Notes under the pieces: model-generated
Seen by the model: only the letters and a program-made list of their open reading frames with translations
Told to the model about the DNA's origin: nothing
Databases searched by the model: none
IMG/VR virus record: IMGVR_UViG_3300020473_000017
Strand: one strand, 5' to 3'
Source of the DNA: a virus
Length of the DNA: 64,000 bases
Shown: positions 57,668 to 64,000 of the stretch, piece after piece
How positions within the stretch are numbered: the stretch's first letter is position 1
Layout of the letters: the number at the start of each line of letters is the position of its first letter
Program-made: the position numbers and the translations under genes

Positions 57668-58323
57668 TTTCCTTCATTGGTTACTCTTTTCATAATTATA
57701 TCCCATGCGTCAAACATAGTAAATGACCTGAACCTATTGTTCTGATTAAGTTCTTTAATCAAACGTTCAGGTGGATCCTTCTTATCTAATTTAAAATTAG
57801 AATCAGACTTCTTAGAATATAGTCTGAAATAATACAGTGGTGTTCCTTTTGGTAAGTATACATCTTTCTGTAATACTTTTACTCCAACTACAAGGGGTCT
57901 ATACCATACAGATATAGGAAAGGTAGCAGGTACCAAGTCCAACCCAAACCTAGAAAGCAAAGGATGAGGAATCTGTTCAATCCATACATCTTTATCATTT
58001 GTCCATATAGACATTGTATACTTCATTTGAAGTTCTGGCAAGTCCCCACTTAGCCAATTTTCACCTAAGTGAAAGTAATCATCATATGATTCTTGACTTA
58101 GACTGGTTTCTATGTTATTATCCTTGATCTTAAATCCAAGATCAAATGGTTGTGTAACTACCCATGTATTATCACCCCACTTCTTCCATGCAGGACATTT
58201 GGCATGATCATATTTCATATCATACCCAGTTCTATATTTCGTTGGTGGATCTACAAATTCAGGTGGAAATGGATCAGTTTCCTGTCCTTCTCCTATTCTA
58301 TAGGACCAATATACTTGCTTCAC
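57646..58323 (-). CDS. Hypothetical protein (CPA...N.WV...PFD; W.RP; KGTPL motifs, dUTPase-like fold suspected)
   Basis: 225-aa ORF in the ACP operon. Confidence 0.65.
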   Translation of the reverse strand: MKQVYWSYRIGEGQETDPFPPEFVDPPTKYRTGYDMKYDHAKCPAWKKWGDNTWVVTQPFDLGFKIKDNNIETSLSQESYDDYFHLGENWLSGDLPELQMKYTMSIWTNDKDVWIEQIPHPLLSRFGLDLVPATFPISVWYRPLVVGVKVLQKDVYLPKGTPLYYFRLYSKKSDSNFKLDKKDPPERLIKELNQNNRFRSFTMFDAWDIIMKRVTNEGKCPIKWN

Positions 58324-58799
58324 TTTTCAAAGTAACTGATATTTAATACCATCCTACGATCTACATCAGTAGCGGGAACACCTCTATGTTTCAAGTTAGT
58401 GTCAAATATAACTGCAGTGTTTGATTCACTATACACCTTCTCACCAGTTTCAAACTCAGTATATCCATTATTAGTATTCAAATAAAGAACACAAGTCTTG
58501 CTTGGTGTGGATATCTGCCAATCAGTATGCCATTCTTGCTCTGGTGCTTTAGATGGTGTAGCATTTAATTTTACTCTTAATATTGCAATCACCCCTAACT
58601 TATTAGTTGCTTCCATGAGACACCTATTAATGGTAGGATTCATTGCACTAGAAAATTGGTGATCAAAATACAGTAAATTTATATACTGCTCTGGTTCTCC
58701 TTGTGATTGTGTCCAAAACCATGGAAAGTTTGGACTATTAAACTGAGTGTATAACTCATTAAACGTGGCTTGATGGAGAAAGTGACTAATCACTTGCAT
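58320..58799 (-). CDS. 2OG-Fe(II) oxygenase
   Basis: [42 protein letters not shown]. Confidence 0.85.
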   Translation of the reverse strand: MQVISHFLHQATFNELYTQFNSPNFPWFWTQSQGEPEQYINLLYFDHQFSSAMNPTINRCLMEATNKLGVIAILRVKLNATPSKAPEQEWHTDWQISTPSKTCVLYLNTNNGYTEFETGEKVYSESNTAVIFDTNLKHRGVPATDVDRRMVLNISYFEK

Positions 58800-59304
58800 C
58801 TTCTTTCTCCTCTTCTTCAATCGCTTTATCCAATTCTTCAGCAGTTATTGTATTCGCAGAACCAATACCTTTACCTGGTGGGTTCTTCATAAAAGGACTA
58901 TCAGGATGAGGTACTTTAGTTGGTGCACTCGTAGTTTTGAGATACTTAGCCTTCAATGCCTTCTTACTTGGCTTCTTACCTTTATTTGCTTTCGCTTTCT
59001 TAATAACTTCTATGGCATCACCAACTGTGACGATCTCACCCGCCATCTCATCTGGTATCTCAACTCCAAAACATTCTTCTAAGAACATAACGAGTTCAAC
59101 CATATCCAATGAGTCTAGCATTAGGTCATCACCTAACTTAGAATCCCAAGTAACTTCTATCTCATTACCATCTTCATCTTTGGCTCTATCCATCAAGGTT
59201 TCCTTGATAGCCATCTTTGCTATCTTAAGCATAGTTTGCTTAGATATGCGTTTTGATGCTTTGAGCATCGCTCTGATTTCAGAGTATGTCTTGTTATAAG
59301 CCAT
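58786..59304 (-). CDS. acpP: Acyl carrier protein with basic N- and C-terminal extensions
   Basis: [37 protein letters not shown] (phosphopantetheine Ser retained). Confidence 0.88.
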   Translation of the reverse strand: MAYNKTYSEIRAMLKASKRISKQTMLKIAKMAIKETLMDRAKDEDGNEIEVTWDSKLGDDLMLDSLDMVELVMFLEECFGVEIPDEMAGEIVTVGDAIEVIKKAKANKGKKPSKKALKAKYLKTTSAPTKVPHPDSPFMKNPPGKGIGSANTITAEELDKAIEEEEKEDASD

Positions 59305-59489
59305 TAAACGTAAACTACTTCATCATTTTGACACTGATCTCGAACGACATCGAGAATACGAATGAATTGGTCACCATCGTCACAATTTATGACTTTGGTA
59401 TTTCCTTCACTACTTAGTAGTGTAAACCTTTTAGATGGAATGTCAACCGTCACCTTATCAAGGTATTCATCTCCAAGATCTAGATACAT
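59304..59489 (-). CDS. Hypothetical protein
   Basis: Start [10 protein letters not shown], downstream of the early promoter. Confidence 0.7.
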   Translation of the reverse strand: MYLDLGDEYLDKVTVDIPSKRFTLLSSEGNTKVINCDDGDQFIRILDVVRDQCQNDEVVYV

Positions 59490-59512
59490 AGGGCAAAAAG
59501 GCGATTGATATA

Positions 59513-59571
59513 ATTGTAGCAGATTAAGAGAGGTTTGTAAAGTAGGGTGTGTCACTTACACGACTGGCACG
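59513..59571 (-). promoter_or_regulatory. Two-box operator plus extended -10 (TGCTACAAT) heading the ACP-cpeT operon
   Basis: TGTGTCACTT-ACAC-GACTGGCACG, 29 bp, TACAAT. Confidence 0.7.
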
Positions 59572-59781
59572 TCTGTTCACTTCTTTTGCTTTATCTAAAA
59601 GGGCTAGACCTGCGTTTCTATTGTCCTGCATCGTTCTTACAATATTTTCTCTATTTGTTTCTTCTTTTACAATTTCTTCGACGTATTCGTCTAAATGTTT
59701 AGCAAGAATAGCTTTTAGGAACACAGCCTCTTGCTTGGTTACTGACATGTGAAAAGTTGTCATCTTGTGTGTTGTAAACAA
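59524..59781 (-). CDS. Hypothetical helical protein
   Basis: ORF of up to 85 aa; start uncertain. Confidence 0.6.
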   Translation of the reverse strand: MFTTHKMTTFHMSVTKQEAVFLKAILAKHLDEYVEEIVKEETNRENIVRTMQDNRNAGLALLDKAKEVNRRASRVSDTPYFTNLS

Positions 59782-59784
59782 TCA

Positions 59785-60654
59785 TCAATTCAAATATATC
59801 TCCTCACCAGCAACATTTACGTTGCCACCTGCAGAAATATTAAAATTGCCACTAGTACTCAGTGAGTTATTACCAGTGACGCTAACGTCATAACTACTGT
59901 TTGGAGGGGGTGTATCAACCATATCTACTGGTTGCCCTCCATCTATACAGTCATAGGAATTACCAACCACTTTTTCTGTGTGTTTTCCTTTCACTTCAGT
60001 GAATTTATTACCCACTGTTTTGTCATAACGACATCCGACTGCTTCTGATCTTATGTTGCCCTCGGCATATGTATCGATTGCACCAATAGGATCCAATTGG
60101 TTAATTGAGTGGAATTTTTGTACATATTCCTCACGAATTGTATGTCTTGATTCATACAACTTACTAATATTCTCATATTTAGCAGATTCGACCCTAAAAG
60201 TCTTGTCTGTTTTAAATGCTAGACTAGTTTTTGTATTAAGGCTATACACTCCACCCACTGTTAAATTGTAATCACCGTCACATGTCGTATTCAAATCACC
60301 TTCACATTCTATCTCAGTATTACCTTCAACAGTCATTCTAACATCACCTTTGATGTTAATTACTAACATATGTTTTGTTGGATCTTCACCCACATCCAAA
60401 GTCATGCTTTCTTTAGCAAGCATATGGATATCCTTATGAGCAAAGATGTCAGTACTACCCTTGACATCCATGTCAATATAGTTTTTAGTAGTACCATGAA
60501 TTAGACGAACCCTTTCACCTTTCGGTGTATTGTTCATCTCTATCATATGACCACATGATGTGCTTTGCACAAAATTCTTTGGCCATACAATAGGGTTATT
60601 TACTGAAGAACCACTCTCCTCTGTACCATCTTTAAATCCTGTTAGTTCTGTCAT
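59785..60654 (-). CDS. gp5 C-terminal-type beta-helix spike protein
   Basis: WP.N.VQSTSCGH.IE..NTP.GERVRLIH, 8-residue V.G repeats, ends IYLN; ATGA overlap with gp5. Confidence 0.8.
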   Translation of the reverse strand: MTELTGFKDGTEESGSSVNNPIVWPKNFVQSTSCGHMIEMNNTPKGERVRLIHGTTKNYIDMDVKGSTDIFAHKDIHMLAKESMTLDVGEDPTKHMLVINIKGDVRMTVEGNTEIECEGDLNTTCDGDYNLTVGGVYSLNTKTSLAFKTDKTFRVESAKYENISKLYESRHTIREEYVQKFHSINQLDPIGAIDTYAEGNIRSEAVGCRYDKTVGNKFTEVKGKHTEKVVGNSYDCIDGGQPVDMVDTPPPNSSYDVSVTGNNSLSTSGNFNISAGGNVNVAGEEIYLN

Positions 60655-63170
60655 ACCTGTTTCTCCAATGCTGGATGACCTACACAATCAATATATGATT
60701 CTAGTCCTAGGAGTTTTTCCCTAACCTTAATAGGTCCAGCATAACTATAACCCAGTATAACAGTACCACCTGCTCCTTGTCCACCCTCAGTGTCCTCAAC
60801 TTTTGCTGTAACAAAACCAATAACCTTTTCTGATAGAACAGGCTTGACTAATCTACCCTGTTCATCTATAGTCATTTCACCAATTTTCTTCTTATCAGGG
60901 CCAGTACCTATTGTTATAATAGGTTTCTTATAACCAGTACCCACATTAACAGGTTTAATCTCTTCAACTATAGGAATAAGATCACCACACTCAGCATATA
61001 CTGCCTTAGCATCATCTGGTACAACCAAATCAGCATACTTTTCAGTATAGTTAAGTGTGAAAGTATCCCCAGATACTGTCTGTAACACCATACCATTTTG
61101 AATATTAACATGATATGTTGGATCTAAAGTAGCAATAATCATGTTATCTTCTGAATAATCAACATCAACTACCTGCATTACATCTGGTTTACTGGGATTC
61201 TCTTGACCATCTGCAGACGATACTAAGAATAATGGTTGACCATTCTCAACTACTTGTGCTACATTACCTTTTGGTATTATATAATTATACTGTTCTTTAG
61301 GACAGTATGTTTCAGCAGGATCAAATCCATATCCAATACCAGGTTCTATAACATCAATAGATTCTATCTTACCATCTTTAATGTTAGGTTTAAAGACAGC
61401 ACCACCACCTTCAGGTTCATTACATGTGAACTGTGCACGAACTGTAGCTTCAAGACTTACATTTTTACCTTTCTTCCTTACCCATGAACCAACAATAGAT
61501 CCAATTCTATCAACAATAGGTAATGCTTTGATAGGGGCAGTGGATTGTAAATTATCCCATACCATTTCAGGGAAACATGGTTTCTTATTCTTATTACCAG
61601 AATTACAATTCAAAGATGCTGATGGGAAACCACCAAGAGGATTAAGTTTAAAGTTTTCAAACGCTTCAAGTGGACCTCCAATCTTGAAATCCATAGAAGC
61701 AATACCACTAAGTTTTCCAGCAGCCGACGCTAAAGGAACTAAAGCACCAGTCTTTACATTAAATACTGACTTCACTCCACCCATCATTCCAGCAGCAAAT
61801 GCTCCTTTCAGATTACCTGTTGTAGGAACAAAACCCATAGGTGGTTTAGTTGGCCAAGTATCCATCTTCTTAGCAGCTGCATCTTTACCTTTGGCTTTAG
61901 GTCCATGACATGTTTCATATGTACTAGCACCAACAGCACATGATAATGAACCTTCGCAGAAAAGATCCAAGATTGATAAAGCATCTTTAAGTAATGATTG
62001 AATCTTATCCATAGCACCCTTAATAGCTGACATCAAACCATCAATCATTCCTAATGCCTTGTCAATCAGATCCATTAACTTATTCATAATGGCATTAATA
62101 AAATCTTGTATCAAACAAAGGAACATATCAAGGACATTATTAAAGAGATCGGTGAGTAAGCCTTTAATAAAATCTTTGAGTTGATTCAATAAATCACCAA
62201 ACACACAATTAACTACCTTGGCAAGACCTTCAAGATTAGCTTTAATAGGGCCAGTTAACTTAGGATTTGGTGTAGGGATCTTCATCAGCTGATCATCAAT
62301 TATGTCACCGACTCTCGCTAGAGCAACACCTTTAATCTTACCTGTTATACCTCTAAGTTTAGTAGTAACACGACTAGTTATAGTGTTGATCTTACCTGTA
62401 ACATCCGCAACCCTACCTGTTGCCTTGTCAACAAATTCACCAATAGCGTTCTTTTCAACACCACGGGAAAACTTCATAAACTCAAGTAGTGGTCCTTCTA
62501 GTTTAGTTGCAACATCTGTACCACATTTACCATTACCCATTTGTACGGTATAACATTTAGATGATTCAGCATAATCTTGAAGTTTGCTTGTTATTTCACC
62601 TTCACCTCTTGGATTGATTGTTGAATCTTCACTTTCACCTTCAGTTGTTTGTGCTTCTTCTACAGGTACTTGATTGCCAGTCTTTGAATCTACAGTAACA
62701 TTAGATCCACTTCCAGGTACACCAGTACCTTGACCAGCGTGAACATTAGGAACATAATCAGCTGCTACTAACTTAGGAAATAACTCCTCCTCTCCTTCTT
62801 TTTCTGCAGTTTTATATGCACCTTTAGGATTCTCATCACCAACAGAACCCAACACTATTGGTACTTGTGCAGCAGCACCATCCATAAAGAAACCAACAAC
62901 CCAACCATTAATTTGAAGTTGATGTACTGTACCAATTCCAGATCTTTGTGGGAACATATTGGGCATCATTACCATAGACCATGGTAAATCTTTAGTAGGA
63001 AGTTCCTTTCTACTTGGATTATGATATCCTACAATTCTAACTTTTACTTTATTAGTTTCATCCTTATCATCTGGCTCATCTTTCGTACCTCCACCACTAT
63101 TCTCCACCTGGCCAACCCACCAGTTGAACCCATCCTTTCCAATAAAATTAGCAGTTGCTTCGTTCATCAC
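60651..63170 (-). CDS. gp5: Baseplate hub/spike gp5 (OB-fold N-terminus)
   Basis: FIGKDGFNWWVGQVE, KVRIVGYH..LP..DLPW, G.WVVGFFMDG..AQ.P.VLG. Confidence 0.9.
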   Translation of the reverse strand: MMNEATANFIGKDGFNWWVGQVENSGGGTKDEPDDKDETNKVKVRIVGYHNPSRKELPTKDLPWSMVMMPNMFPQRSGIGTVHQLQINGWVVGFFMDGAAAQVPIVLGSVGDENPKGAYKTAEKEGEEELFPKLVAADYVPNVHAGQGTGVPGSGSNVTVDSKTGNQVPVEEAQTTEGESEDSTINPRGEGEITSKLQDYAESSKCYTVQMGNGKCGTDVATKLEGPLLEFMKFSRGVEKNAIGEFVDKATGRVADVTGKINTITSRVTTKLRGITGKIKGVALARVGDIIDDQLMKIPTPNPKLTGPIKANLEGLAKVVNCVFGDLLNQLKDFIKGLLTDLFNNVLDMFLCLIQDFINAIMNKLMDLIDKALGMIDGLMSAIKGAMDKIQSLLKDALSILDLFCEGSLSCAVGASTYETCHGPKAKGKDAAAKKMDTWPTKPPMGFVPTTGNLKGAFAAGMMGGVKSVFNVKTGALVPLASAAGKLSGIASMDFKIGGPLEAFENFKLNPLGGFPSASLNCNSGNKNKKPCFPEMVWDNLQSTAPIKALPIVDRIGSIVGSWVRKKGKNVSLEATVRAQFTCNEPEGGGAVFKPNIKDGKIESIDVIEPGIGYGFDPAETYCPKEQYNYIIPKGNVAQVVENGQPLFLVSSADGQENPSKPDVMQVVDVDYSEDNMIIATLDPTYHVNIQNGMVLQTVSGDTFTLNYTEKYADLVVPDDAKAVYAECGDLIPIVEEIKPVNVGTGYKKPIITIGTGPDKKKIGEMTIDEQGRLVKPVLSEKVIGFVTAKVEDTEGGQGAGGTVILGYSYAGPIKVREKLLGLESYIDCVGHPALEKQV

Positions 63171-64000
63171 TTCAAAGTATCATCAGTTTTGGTTTGAGAA
63201 GTCTCTTTAATATTACCTGGACTATCAGTATATAATGTAGCCTTAGTAGTCATTTGATCATTACTAGAGATAAATTCTCTTTCTATTTGACCTACAACAT
63301 ATATTCCACTATTATCCCCATCCAATTCCTTATCTTTACCTTTATATGTTGTAAGTTCTACATTATCCCCAACATACAAATCTAAATCACCAACAAACTC
63401 TACTTCTACTTCTTTACTGTAGAATAGTTTTTCTCTCAATGCTGACTGTGCTACTTGTTTAGTACTATCTTGTGTCATAGTACCCTCAGTGAATAATGCA
63501 GTATCCATTATCTTAGACATGATTCTAGTAGGTGCTGTAGTTTTCTCAAATTTTTCAAAATATGTAGGTAGATCTACATCACCATTCATTTTGGGAACAT
63601 CCTTGTAATATTTAGATATGTTAAAGCTATGTTCTATGTAAGACATATCCTTCACATCGAATGTCATAAACTTACTGCTATATGATCCATAGTTCAATCC
63701 CCTTAGTACATCTCCAGCATGTTTCACTCTTAAAGACATAATAGGTATGATAGTTTTATCTGGTTCTCCCAACTCTGGTTCATCATAACCAACGATCATT
63801 TTCCTTCTATATGCCTTTTCTGCAAAAGAATCATACGATAAAAAATTATATCCTAGAGCATTCTCAAAGAAAGCATATCCAGCACTAGCATTTGAACCAC
63901 TACCACTAGAAGGTATTGCTTTAGTTGATAACCACTTAATTATTGTATAAGGTGACCAATAACATGCTACAAAAGAAAATTTATTCTTAGTTGGAGATAT
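63167..64000 (-). CDS. Baseplate hub protein, gp27/VgrG-like (partial, start outside window)
   Basis: Frame stays open to the window edge: ..AGYAFFENALGYNFLSYDS..; C-terminal GDLDLYVGD..SGIYVV; directly upstream of gp5. Confidence 0.75.
   Translation of the reverse strand: MSPTKNKFSFVACYWSPYTIIKWLSTKAIPSSGSGSNASAGYAFFENALGYNFLSYDSFAEKAYRRKMIVGYDEPELGEPDKTIIPIMSLRVKHAGDVLRGLNYGSYSSKFMTFDVKDMSYIEHSFNISKYYKDVPKMNGDVDLPTYFEKFEKTTAPTRIMSKIMDTALFTEGTMTQDSTKQVAQSALREKLFYSKEVEVEFVGDLDLYVGDNVELTTYKGKDKELDGDNSGIYVVGQIEREFISSNDQMTTKATLYTDSPGNIKETSQTKTDDTLK

Noticed and set aside
34793-59571. Operator as NtcA, Pho or canonical CRP box
   Set aside because: Geometry does not fit GTA-N8-TAC, tandem Pho repeats or TGTGA-N6-TCACA
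50084-62553. Plus-strand ORFs such as 50731-51210, 58937-59299 and 61381-61908
   Set aside because: Entirely antisense to well-supported genes

Overview
64 kb of a T4-like marine cyanomyovirus genome (AT-rich, cpeT present; Prochlorococcus/Synechococcus host inferred). Almost all genes are on the minus strand. In transcription order (right to left): baseplate hub (partial), split gp5, an early accessory operon (ACP, 2OG-Fe(II) oxygenase, CpeT), a tail-fibre module ending in a gp38-like glycine-rich adhesin, and a ~15 kb hyperplastic early region. That region holds small ORFs, two DNA methyltransferases, a restriction-endonuclease-like gene, several 2OG-Fe(II) oxygenases, tRNA-Thr with upstream structured RNAs, and a GC-richer island with plus-strand genes. 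Then come PAAR, a K/R-rich peptide, a 2OG oxygenase, a SET-domain protein, gp25, gp6, a 4802-aa gp7, gp8, VrlC-like protein and further fibres. Highlights: (1) a translationally coupled histone-tail-like peptide / 2OG oxygenase / SET methyltransferase trio; (2) recursively nested, bracket-matched repeat domains in gp7; (3) a 24-bp palindromic operator in about 12 copies, usually exactly 29 bp upstream of a -10 box, including ORF-less antisense promoters; (4) several candidate structured ncRNAs. All calls are by eye from motifs; no database search was run.
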